A DNA stretch of 64,000 nucleotides from Akkermansia muciniphila (GTDB lineage: Bacteria; Verrucomicrobiota; Verrucomicrobiia; Limisphaerales; F1-80-MAGS106): NCBI GenBank assembly GCA_945865375.1, contig CAMBEJ010000002.1, positions 13,739 to 77,738 of the forward strand, given 5' to 3'. This document shows positions 53,359 to 62,445 of the stretch, piece after piece. Positions within the stretch are counted from its first letter, which is position 1; each line of letters opens with the position of its first letter. Position numbers and translations under genes: made by a program. The notes under the pieces were generated by a model. That model worked only from the letters and a program-made list of their open reading frames with translations, was not told where the DNA came from and did not search any database.

Positions 53359-56300
53359 ATGATCACGTGGAAGGGCTTTACATTTTCTTTTCTAACTCTG
53401 ATTTCAACCGGCCTTGTGGTCGCTGCGGGCCGGCAGTTGACGGGGCAGCATGCTCCTGCGACCACTCCGCCGTTGTCGCCAGCGGACGCTCAAAAAAAGT
53501 TTCGTGTGCCCGACGGGTTCGAGGTCCGTTTGTTCGCGGCTGAGCCGGATGTCGTGAATCCGGTGGCGATGACCTGGGACGGTCGGGGGCGGCTGTGGGT
53601 GGTGGAGTTGTATGAATATCCGCTTGGGGCGGCGTCGGGGGTCAAACCACGGGACCGTGTCAAAATTTTGGAAGATACAGACAACGACGGGCGCGCCGAC
53701 AAAGTCACCGTTTTTGCGGACGGGCTGAACCTGGCTACAGGCATCCTGTTGGGGGACGGCGGCGCCTATGTGGGGCAGGCGCCTGAGCTTTTGTTTTTGC
53801 AGGACACGGATGGAGACGACGTGGCGGACAAGCGGACCGTGGTGATGAACGGGTTTGGGATGGAGGATCGGCACGAGCTCTTGAACGGGTTCACATGGGG
53901 GCCTGACGGATGGCTTTACATGACGCACGGCGTTTTCACGCATTCGAAGGTGAAGCGTGCGGAGGATCCCAACGGGGAGGGCGTGACCGTGAACGCCGCG
54001 GTGGCTCGGTTTCATCCGAGAACCAAACGGTTTGAGGTGTTTGCCGATGGGACGAGCAATCCTTGGGGTGTTGACTTCGACCGCGAGGGCAACGCGTTTG
54101 TGAGCGCCTGCGTCATAGACCATCTTTTTCATACGGCTGCGGGGGGTCTGTACACGCGCCAGGCAGGAAGCCCGGCTTATCCGTATGCGTATGAGCTTTT
54201 ACCATCGATCGTGGATCACAAGCACCTCATGGCGGCTTATGCCGGGGTTCAGGTGTATCAAGGGGATCAATATCCCGAGGCTTATCGGGGTACGATTTTG
54301 ATGGGAAACATCCATGACAACGCGGTGCATCAGGATCGGTTGACACGCCATGGCGCTTCTTTCAAGGCATCGTTCATTCAGGATTTTGTTCGAGCTAACG
54401 ATGGATGGTTTCGACCGGTGAGCACGCAGGTGGGGCCGGACGGTGCGGTGTGGTTGATGGACTGGTACGACAGGTATCCCTGTTACCAAAACGCCAACGC
54501 GGATCCGGAGGGCGTGGACCGGGAACGCGGGAGGATCTGGCGCGTGGTTTATACGGGCAAAGAGCCGGGGAGAAAGGTCGTGCCACATCCGCAGGGCATC
54601 GACCTCGAGAAGGCGGGCACGACCGAGTTGGTGAACGCGCTGGCGCACCCCAATTCCTGGCAGAGGCGGGTGGCGCAACGTTTCCTGAGTGAGCGGCGTG
54701 ACATTGCGGCGCGCGGACCCTTGGTGAAGTTGTTGCGTGACGGGAAGGAGCTTGAGCCGAGGTTGGCCGCGCTGTGGACGTTGCACGGTTCAGAGCATCT
54801 TGAGGAGCCGGTGTTGGACGGATTGGTGGCCGACTCCGACCCCGTGATTCGCGTTTGGGTGGCTCGTTTGACTGGGGAAAGACCACAATGGGCGGACTCG
54901 AGCGTTTCTCGTTTGGAGATCCTGGCCAACGATCCCAACCCGAGCGTTCGTTTTGCGGTGGCGGTGGCGGTTCGGCAATTTGTCTCGGGGAGTTTGACCG
55001 TGAACACCCCACCCAGGACGCGAGGGGTTGATCCGAGCCAGGCCATCGCTAACTTGGTAAAAGCGTCGGCGGACGGCAAGGATCCCCTGGTTTCATTCAT
55101 GATATGGATGGCGGCCGAGCCGATGGTGGTGGAGAACCCGGGCGCAGGGTTCGATTGGCTGGCCGAGAATGGGATGGCGACGCTGCCGCTGTCGAAGACC
55201 TTGACGACCAAGGTCGCGCGGCGTTTGTGCGACACCCGGAAGCCTGAGATGCTCGATCAAGTGATCGATTTTGTAGTGTCGCTCCCTGGGTCCGCCGCAC
55301 CGCTGATCATTGGGGCTCTGGACGGTCTGATCGAGGGACAGAGGGGGAAGGCAATTTTACCTGGCAAACCGGCCGCTGCATTTCTAGAGAAACTTGCGGG
55401 GCATCCGAACAAAGACATTGTGGCGCGGGCAGAGCAGTTGGGATCGATGTGGGGGGATGCCAAGGCGATGGGATCGATGCTCGCGAAGATCAATGATGCC
55501 ACCGCCAGCGATGGAGATCGAGCGAAAGCCCTTGGCACAGCGCGGCAGTTAAAGAACGACGCCGCGCGGGATGCCGTGTTGCAGTTATTGACCTCGAAGA
55601 ATTCAGAGACGCTCAAGATCGAAGCGATCCGGGCATTGGCAGAAATAGGGGGAGATCGCGTGGGGGAGTTTTTGATCGCGAACTGGAAATCGTATCCCCC
55701 AGCGCTGAGGCGGACCGTTTCCGAGACACTGGTCTCTCGTTCGCGGTGGCTCGCGAACTTGCTCTCGGCCATCGAACAGAAAACCATCTCGGCGAGTGAT
55801 ATGCCCGCCACGGTGGTTCGATCGCTCGTGCAGTCGAAGGATGATCAAGTGAGGAACCGGGCGTTGGTGGCGATCGGGCGTGTGCGGGACGCAAACGTGG
55901 ACAAGCTGTCGGTGATCCTCGCCAAGAAAAGGGTGGTTTTGTCTGGGGACATCGATCTGGAGGCGGGCCAGGAGGTTGCGAAAAAGACCTGCTTGGTGTG
56001 TCACAAACTTCATGGCGAGGGGGCTGAAGTGGGGCCTGATCTCACCGGTGTGGGACGGTCTACGTTGGACGCGCTGCTCGCGAACACGATCGATCCGAAC
56101 CAGATCATTGGGAAAGGGTATGAAAACGTCGAGGTCGAAACCAAGGACGGACGTTCGATCATCGGACGCCTTGTGGAAGACACGCAGGTGAGAGTGCGAC
56201 TGCTTGCGGCAGGTCCGAAAGAGGAAGTGGTTGGCCGGTCGGACATTGTTTCCATGCGAGTTTCGGAGTTATCGGTCATGCCAGAAGGGTTGGAGCAGAT

Positions 56301-56850
56301 GCCCGATGCGGACTTTCGGAACTTGATCTGGTATATCCTGAACCCACCGCAGGACGAACGTCCCCTCACGCCAGAGCTGCGGAAGCAGCTTGTTGGAGAT
56401 GAAAAGCCAACGGCGCAGAACCAACCCGGCACGGATGGGGAGTCAGTCGCTTTGTGGAATCCAGGGTGGCGGGTTCAGGCACCCGATTTTGAGGGGACGC
56501 CGAGGAAAATTCCCGAGTTTGCCGGTTTGAAAAACGTGTTGATGACGCACCCGCAAGACCTCCGGCGTCCGGCTTCGCTGGAGCGTGTGGTGGACCTTGT
56601 TACGGGTTCTCGAGTCACACTCAAAGTCATGGTGGCTGCCCATGAAAAAGGGGATTGGGAGCTGCGAATCATCGCGAACGACCGTGTCATGTTGAAGAAG
56701 ATCGTGAGCCATGAAGGGGAACGGTGGAAGCGTTTTGAGGCTGATCTTTCGGAGTTTGCCGGAAAGAAGGTTTCATTACGTCTCGAGAACGCCGCCAACG
56801 ATTGGGCGTATGAGTTTGGCTACTGGGGAACGGTGGAGCTGACTGATTAA
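53359..56850 (+). CDS. PVC-type heme-binding CxxCH protein (membrane-bound dehydrogenase-like propeller + HEAT repeats + cytochrome c domain)
   Basis: FRVPDGFEVRLFAAEPDVVNPVAMTWDGRGRLWVVE; HEAT-like helical repeats; CLVCHKLHGEG; GRSDIVSMRVSELSVMPEGL. Confidence 0.85.
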   Translation: MITWKGFTFSFLTLISTGLVVAAGRQLTGQHAPATTPPLSPADAQKKFRVPDGFEVRLFAAEPDVVNPVAMTWDGRGRLWVVELYEYPLGAASGVKPRDRVKILEDTDNDGRADKVTVFADGLNLATGILLGDGGAYVGQAPELLFLQDTDGDDVADKRTVVMNGFGMEDRHELLNGFTWGPDGWLYMTHGVFTHSKVKRAEDPNGEGVTVNAAVARFHPRTKRFEVFADGTSNPWGVDFDREGNAFVSACVIDHLFHTAAGGLYTRQAGSPAYPYAYELLPSIVDHKHLMAAYAGVQVYQGDQYPEAYRGTILMGNIHDNAVHQDRLTRHGASFKASFIQDFVRANDGWFRPVSTQVGPDGAVWLMDWYDRYPCYQNANADPEGVDRERGRIWRVVYTGKEPGRKVVPHPQGIDLEKAGTTELVNALAHPNSWQRRVAQRFLSERRDIAARGPLVKLLRDGKELEPRLAALWTLHGSEHLEEPVLDGLVADSDPVIRVWVARLTGERPQWADSSVSRLEILANDPNPSVRFAVAVAVRQFVSGSLTVNTPPRTRGVDPSQAIANLVKASADGKDPLVSFMIWMAAEPMVVENPGAGFDWLAENGMATLPLSKTLTTKVARRLCDTRKPEMLDQVIDFVVSLPGSAAPLIIGALDGLIEGQRGKAILPGKPAAAFLEKLAGHPNKDIVARAEQLGSMWGDAKAMGSMLAKINDATASDGDRAKALGTARQLKNDAARDAVLQLLTSKNSETLKIEAIRALAEIGGDRVGEFLIANWKSYPPALRRTVSETLVSRSRWLANLLSAIEQKTISASDMPATVVRSLVQSKDDQVRNRALVAIGRVRDANVDKLSVILAKKRVVLSGDIDLEAGQEVAKKTCLVCHKLHGEGAEVGPDLTGVGRSTLDALLANTIDPNQIIGKGYENVEVETKDGRSIIGRLVEDTQVRVRLLAAGPKEEVVGRSDIVSMRVSELSVMPEGLEQMPDADFRNLIWYILNPPQDERPLTPELRKQLVGDEKPTAQNQPGTDGESVALWNPGWRVQAPDFEGTPRKIPEFAGLKNVLMTHPQDLRRPASLERVVDLVTGSRVTLKVMVAAHEKGDWELRIIANDRVMLKKIVSHEGERWKRFEADLSEFAGKKVSLRLENAANDWAYEFGYWGTVELTD

Positions 56851-56909
56851 AGAATCAAGTATTTTGGTCTGCGGTGATTAAACTTGGGTGATCCGGCGTC
56901 AACCTCACA

Positions 56910-59447
56910 GTGGCAGTTTCAGATCAAGCTGGTAAACGAGTGACCGTCGACGGCAAGTTTTTTCGCCTCGACGGTCGTAAGTTTTTTGTCAAAGGAGCGA
57001 CGTATGGTCCGTTCCGCAAAAACATATTAGGGGAGCCGTTTCCATCGAAGGAGCGAGCCGGGACGGATCTGGTTATGGCGCGTGGGATGGGGATAAACGT
57101 GTTCCGCTTGTATGACGCGCCAGCGCGCTGGTTTTTGGATCTCGCGTTGGAGCATGACATCCGGCTTCTCGTGGACCTGCCGTGGAACAAGGACACCTGT
57201 TTCCTGGATTCCCCAGGGCAATGGCAGGAGGCGGTGGAGACGGTAAGGCGTCTGGCTGCCGCGTGCGCCACTCATCCGGCGGTGTTTGCGATCAGCGTGG
57301 CGAATGAAATTCGCCCCGACATCGCGCGGTGGAGCGGTGCCGAGCCTGTTGCGGAGTTCATCGATCTGCTCGTCATGGAGGTCAAGCGCATCGATCCGAA
57401 CTGTCTCTGTACTTTTTCAAATTTTCCGCCTACAGAGTATCTTCGTCCTCACTCTCTGGATTTTCATGCGGTGAATGTCTATCTGCATCACCCGCAGCCG
57501 TTCGAGAATTATGTGACTCGATTGCAGAGTCTTGCCGAATCGAAGCCTCTGATATTGGGGGAATTTGGCATTGACTCCCTCCGCGAAGGGGAGGGGGCTC
57601 AGGCTTCGATTCTTGGGTGGCAGATCCGGAAGGCGTTTCAGCAGGGGTTGGCGGGGGTTGTGGTGTTTAGTTTCACGGACGAGTGGCATCGGGACGGGCG
57701 GGATATAGAGGACTGGAAGTTTGGGTTGACTCGAAACGATCGATCTGCGAAGCCTGCGTTTGCGGTGGTGGAATCGGTCTTCGAGGCGGCGCCCTACCTT
57801 CCATTCGATCGGCTTCCGATGGTGTCCGTCGTGGTGGCGAGCTACAATGGGGCGCGCACCTTGAAGAACTGTTTGGAGTCTTTGGTGAGACTGAACTACC
57901 CCTCCTACGAAGTGATCCTTGTGGACGATGGTTCGAGCGATGAGAGTTTTGCAATTGCGAGCGCTTTTCCGACAGTCAGAACCATTCGGCACGCGGAGAA
58001 CCGGGGTTTGTCGGAGGCACGGAACACGGGGATACTGGCTTCGCACGGCGAGGTGGTGGCGTTTACGGACGCAGATTGTCGAGCTGACGAGGACTGGCTC
58101 TTTTATTTGGTGAACGATCTGGTGCGGAGCGGGTATGCGGGGGTGGGTGGGCACAACTTTCTTCCGCCAGACGATTCCTGTATCGCGGCGGCGGTGATGG
58201 TGTCGCCGGGAGGGCCGGCGCATGTCATGCTCACGGACCGTCTTGCGGAGCATATCCCCGGTTGCAACATGGCGTTCTACAAGTGGGCTCTGGTGGAAGT
58301 GGGGTATTTCGACCCGGTTTTCAGGACAGCGGGGGATGATGTGGACATGTGCTGGCGGCTGCAGCAATTGGGGTTAAAGATCGGATTTAGCCACGCGGGG
58401 TTCGTCTGGCATTACCGGCGGTCGGCCGTGCTAGATTATGTGAAGCAACAGCGCGGGTATGGCGAGGCGGAGGCGATGCTGGTGCGGAAGCATCCGGAGT
58501 ATTTCAACTGGTTTGGGGGTAGCACATGGCAGGGGCGAATTTATTCGGCGGCCAAACCAGGGATCACCATGGGTGGGTCCATGATCTATCACGGACGGTT
58601 CGCGACGGGGATGTTCCAGACGCTCTACTCGCCCCAGCCCGCATTCATGCTGATGCTGGTGACGAGCCTGGAGTATCATGTGTTGATCACGCTTCCGCTG
58701 CTCGTGGTCGGCACGGTGCTGCGTCCCCTGTTGTGGTTTGGGGCGGCCAGCCTTGCATCGTCAATAGGGTTGTGCGTGGCGGCGGCCATGCAGGCTGAAC
58801 TTCCTCGAAAGCAGCTCAAGATCTGGTCGCGACCGCTGGTTGCCATCCTGTATTGCATGCAGCCGGTAGTTCGCGGGTGGGCGCGTTACCGGGGCCGGTT
58901 GCGTGTGAACTGGGTGCCCTTGGCGTCTTTTGAGAGTTTGAATTCCGTGGGCCTGAAATACAAAGGGCAGGAGTTTGGCGGGATCGATTTTTGGGATGAA
59001 GGGAAGGTGGATCGCAGCGACCTGCTGGCGTGTTTGCTGGCCGAATTGGAGAAACATGGTTGGCAGCATCGGGCGGATGGGGGTTGGAACAACTATGATG
59101 TCGAGATTTTTGGAACACGTTGGAGCCGGTTGCAACTGACGACGGTGGCGGAGTATCACGGGGGTGGGAGGCAGATGTTGCGATGCCGGTTAAGACCGGC
59201 GTGGACTTTTTTAGCGCGCGTGGTGTTTTGTATTCTGACGGCGCTGAATCTGATCGTGCTGGGTTTATTCGGCAGCACGTTGCCATGGCTGAACCTTGTG
59301 TGGATGAGCTTGCCTGGGTTCGTGTGGTGGTTGCACGTCGAGCAACGCACTTTGCAAAGGTTGGTTGCTTTGTTCGTGGAGCAGGCCGCGCGACCGCTTA
59401 AACTTCTCAAGGTGGATGGGCCGGGGAAGCAGGGGGGGAGAACCTAG
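56910..59447 (+). CDS. Fusion protein: clan GH-A TIM-barrel glycosidase-like domain + family 2 glycosyltransferase + C-terminal multi-TM region
   Basis: GH-A catalytic pair motifs SVANEI and ILGEFG. GT2 motifs VSVVVASYNGARTL..VILVDDGSSD, FTDADC, GCNMAF, QQRGYGEAE. Then several hydrophobic helices. GTG start. Confidence 0.75.
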   Translation: MAVSDQAGKRVTVDGKFFRLDGRKFFVKGATYGPFRKNILGEPFPSKERAGTDLVMARGMGINVFRLYDAPARWFLDLALEHDIRLLVDLPWNKDTCFLDSPGQWQEAVETVRRLAAACATHPAVFAISVANEIRPDIARWSGAEPVAEFIDLLVMEVKRIDPNCLCTFSNFPPTEYLRPHSLDFHAVNVYLHHPQPFENYVTRLQSLAESKPLILGEFGIDSLREGEGAQASILGWQIRKAFQQGLAGVVVFSFTDEWHRDGRDIEDWKFGLTRNDRSAKPAFAVVESVFEAAPYLPFDRLPMVSVVVASYNGARTLKNCLESLVRLNYPSYEVILVDDGSSDESFAIASAFPTVRTIRHAENRGLSEARNTGILASHGEVVAFTDADCRADEDWLFYLVNDLVRSGYAGVGGHNFLPPDDSCIAAAVMVSPGGPAHVMLTDRLAEHIPGCNMAFYKWALVEVGYFDPVFRTAGDDVDMCWRLQQLGLKIGFSHAGFVWHYRRSAVLDYVKQQRGYGEAEAMLVRKHPEYFNWFGGSTWQGRIYSAAKPGITMGGSMIYHGRFATGMFQTLYSPQPAFMLMLVTSLEYHVLITLPLLVVGTVLRPLLWFGAASLASSIGLCVAAAMQAELPRKQLKIWSRPLVAILYCMQPVVRGWARYRGRLRVNWVPLASFESLNSVGLKYKGQEFGGIDFWDEGKVDRSDLLACLLAELEKHGWQHRADGGWNNYDVEIFGTRWSRLQLTTVAEYHGGGRQMLRCRLRPAWTFLARVVFCILTALNLIVLGLFGSTLPWLNLVWMSLPGFVWWLHVEQRTLQRLVALFVEQAARPLKLLKVDGPGKQGGRT

Positions 59448-59521
59448 GGCTTTTGACGAGGCTTGATCGGAGGCTGGGGTGCTGGTAGGTTCCGCGTTCC
59501 CTTGAACAGGGGGACGACACA

Positions 59522-62359
59522 ATGGATTACAAGAACACGTTAAACCTGCCTCGGACCGATTTCTCAATGAAAGCGGATCTGGTGGCGCGCGAACCCGAGC
59601 GACTGGAGAAGTGGCAGACCGGGCGTCTTTATGAACAGATTCAGACCCGGCGTGCGGGCGCGCCGAGGTTTGTCTTGCACGATGGTCCGCCTTTCGCGAA
59701 CGGTGATGTTCACATTGGCACGGCGTTGAACAAGATACTGAAGGATTTTGTGGTCAAGTATCATACTCTTCGAGGGAAGCGTGCGCCCTATGTGCCTGGG
59801 TGGGATTGCCACGGGTTGCCCATTGAATTCAAAGTTTCTCAGGAGCTTCGCAAGGCGAGTGAGACGCAAGCCGACGCCCTGACTGTGCGGAACGCATGCG
59901 AGGCGTACGCACGGAAATACATCGACTTACAGCGGACACAATTCAAGAGACTGGGTGTTTTCGGAGATTGGGAGAATCCGTATTTGACCCTGGACAAGCA
60001 TTACGAAGCTCAGGAGTTGCGGCTGTTTGCGGACATTGTGGAAAAGGGGTTTGTTTATCGGGGTAAGAAGCCGGTGTACTGGAGCATCCCTTGCCGCACG
60101 GCCCTAGCGGAGGCAGAGGTGGAGTACCAAGACCATGTCAGCCAGAGTGTGACCGTCAAATTCCCTGTTGTAGGGCATCCGGGAACGTTCCTGTTGATCT
60201 GGACGACGACTCCCTGGACGCTCCCCGCAAACTTGGCCGTGGCGTTCAACACCACCTTCAATTATTCCATGGTCCGGGTGGGGGAAGAAACGTATCTCAT
60301 TTCAACCCTGATGCTGCCCGGGTTGGCTCAGAAATGCGGATGGGAGAGCTATGAAGTGGTGCGCACGCTGTTCGGGGAACAGTTGCTCCAGATCGAGTAT
60401 CGCCACCCGTTCTGTGACAGGCAGGGTCGTTTGTTCGCGGGCGACTCATTTGTGGAGAGCTCCACGGGGACGGGGTTGGTGCATATCGCACCGGGTCATG
60501 GCCTCGAGGATTATGGTTTGGGCCTGCAACAGGGTTTGGCGGTTTATTCTCCGGTGGATGACGCCGGTTGCCTGATGCACACGACGGATTTTCCGGCGGC
60601 GCAGCAGATGCCTTTGGAGCTGGTTGGAAAATCCATTCTTGCGAAGCACGGAGTGAGCGAAGCAAACACGGCGGTGTTGCACGAGTTGCGGGTTCGCGGT
60701 GTGCTTTTGCATCAGGAAAACCTGCATCACAGCTATCCGCACTGCTGGCGGAGCAAGACCCCCGTCATTTATAGGGCGATGGATCAGTGGTTCATCCGCA
60801 TTGATCACGAAGGGTTTCGCGCCAAAGCCCTCGATCAGATCCGGAACCGGGTCGACTGGGTGCCCGGGTGGGGGAGGAACCGGATTGAGGCCGCCGTGAA
60901 ATCGAGGCCGGACTGGTGCATTTCGAGGCAGCGTGCTTGGGGGGTCCCGATCCCGGCCTTTTACGATGCTGCTGGGACGCCAATTTTAGAGGCGCAAGTC
61001 ATCCGTCGCTTTGCAGCTTTGGTCGAGCAATACGGGTCCAACCTGTGGTTTGAGAAATCGGCCGATGAGCTTTGGGGTCTTTTGCGACCCGACGGGTGGA
61101 CTGGAAGGGAGCCTGGGACAAAATCGCAGGATACGCTCGATGTCTGGATCGATTCCGGCTCCTCGTCCCGCGCGGTGTTAATGTGTCGTTCCGAGCTCCG
61201 CGAAGGCGATGTGTGGGGTGCGGACATGTATCTGGAGGGGAGCGACCAGCACCGAGGGTGGTTCCAGTCCTCCTTGTTGCTTTCCCTAGCGGGCAATGAA
61301 GCGCCTCCTTTTAAGACAGTGTTGACCCATGGGTTCATGGTGGACGCGGATCGTGAGAAAATCTCGAAGAGCAAACAAGGCCAGGGCGGCTATGAAAAAC
61401 CTCAGACAGCGGATGCGTATGTGAAACGGTATGGGGCCGACGTCGTGCGTTTGTGGGTGGCATCGCAGGATTACAGAAACGACCTGGTGGTGAGCGAGGA
61501 ACGTCTCACAAAGGTCACCGAAATCTATCGACTTTTGCGGAACAGCCTGCGGTATCAGTTGTCCAATCTTTATGACTTCGATCCCGCGTTGCATGCCGTC
61601 CCATTCGAGGCGATGACACGGTTGGACCGGTGGGTGATGGATGCATTCCGCTCGGTGGAACTGAAAGTGGACGAGGCTTACTCGCGCTATGAGTTTCACT
61701 CGGTGTACCAGATTTTGAGCCAGTTCGCGGCTGTGGAATTATCGGCAGTGTACCACGATGTCGTGAAGGACCGTCTGTACACCGATGCTGCCTGCTCGGC
61801 GCGGCGGCGCTCGACCCAGACGGCGTTGCACATTCTTGCGAAGGGACTCTGCCAGATGCTGGCTCCTATCTTGTCCTTCACGACTGACGAGGTATGGGAA
61901 TTCCTCCCTGGGTCGGGCTTTGCCAGTTCGGTGCATTTGACCGATTGGGCTCCCGTTGGGCCGAGCGCTCCTGAGGCTTGTTTATTGAGCGACGAGGAGG
62001 CGGAGCAGTGGCGGTTAAATTTTGCGTGGCGCGAACGCGCCATGGCTGAGCTGGAAAAGCAGCGGCAGTCGAAGGTGATCGGGAAGGGGTTAGAGGCGGA
62101 GTTGATTTTGAGCGGTTCCGGGCCCGGGGTTGCACGGTTGGCTGAGGATCCTTTGTGGCGTGAGGATTTGCGGGAACTGCTGAATGTTTCGTCCTTAGCC
62201 GTGCGATGGCTCGATGGAGCGGGGGGGGAGGCTGTTGAGTTTGAAGTGCGGCACGCGGGAGGTCAGAAATGCGAACGCTGCTGGCATTGGGAACTCAGTG
62301 TTGGAACGTGCCCTGGTCACGTCACCCTGTGCTCCCGGTGCGCGTTAGCGGTGGGTTAA
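59522..62359 (+). CDS. ileS: Isoleucine--tRNA ligase
   Basis: MDYKNTLNLPRTDFSMKA; PPFANGDVHIGT (HIGH); KISKSK (KMSKS); C-terminal Zn finger CERCWHW..CSRC. Confidence 0.97.
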   Translation: MDYKNTLNLPRTDFSMKADLVAREPERLEKWQTGRLYEQIQTRRAGAPRFVLHDGPPFANGDVHIGTALNKILKDFVVKYHTLRGKRAPYVPGWDCHGLPIEFKVSQELRKASETQADALTVRNACEAYARKYIDLQRTQFKRLGVFGDWENPYLTLDKHYEAQELRLFADIVEKGFVYRGKKPVYWSIPCRTALAEAEVEYQDHVSQSVTVKFPVVGHPGTFLLIWTTTPWTLPANLAVAFNTTFNYSMVRVGEETYLISTLMLPGLAQKCGWESYEVVRTLFGEQLLQIEYRHPFCDRQGRLFAGDSFVESSTGTGLVHIAPGHGLEDYGLGLQQGLAVYSPVDDAGCLMHTTDFPAAQQMPLELVGKSILAKHGVSEANTAVLHELRVRGVLLHQENLHHSYPHCWRSKTPVIYRAMDQWFIRIDHEGFRAKALDQIRNRVDWVPGWGRNRIEAAVKSRPDWCISRQRAWGVPIPAFYDAAGTPILEAQVIRRFAALVEQYGSNLWFEKSADELWGLLRPDGWTGREPGTKSQDTLDVWIDSGSSSRAVLMCRSELREGDVWGADMYLEGSDQHRGWFQSSLLLSLAGNEAPPFKTVLTHGFMVDADREKISKSKQGQGGYEKPQTADAYVKRYGADVVRLWVASQDYRNDLVVSEERLTKVTEIYRLLRNSLRYQLSNLYDFDPALHAVPFEAMTRLDRWVMDAFRSVELKVDEAYSRYEFHSVYQILSQFAAVELSAVYHDVVKDRLYTDAACSARRRSTQTALHILAKGLCQMLAPILSFTTDEVWEFLPGSGFASSVHLTDWAPVGPSAPEACLLSDEEAEQWRLNFAWRERAMAELEKQRQSKVIGKGLEAELILSGSGPGVARLAEDPLWREDLRELLNVSSLAVRWLDGAGGEAVEFEVRHAGGQKCERCWHWELSVGTCPGHVTLCSRCALAVG

Positions 62360-62445
62360 AATCTCACCGCACCGACCCTCTTTTCCTCTTCCTGATCCCT
62401 GCGTCTGTCCCTGTGTCTGTCCCTCTGGCAGGCCTCTTTAATCAC

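Noticed and set aside
59448-59521. ileS leader inspected for a T-box or attenuator
   Set aside because: It is only 74 nt long and has no specifier/antiterminator-like architecture or terminator hairpin.
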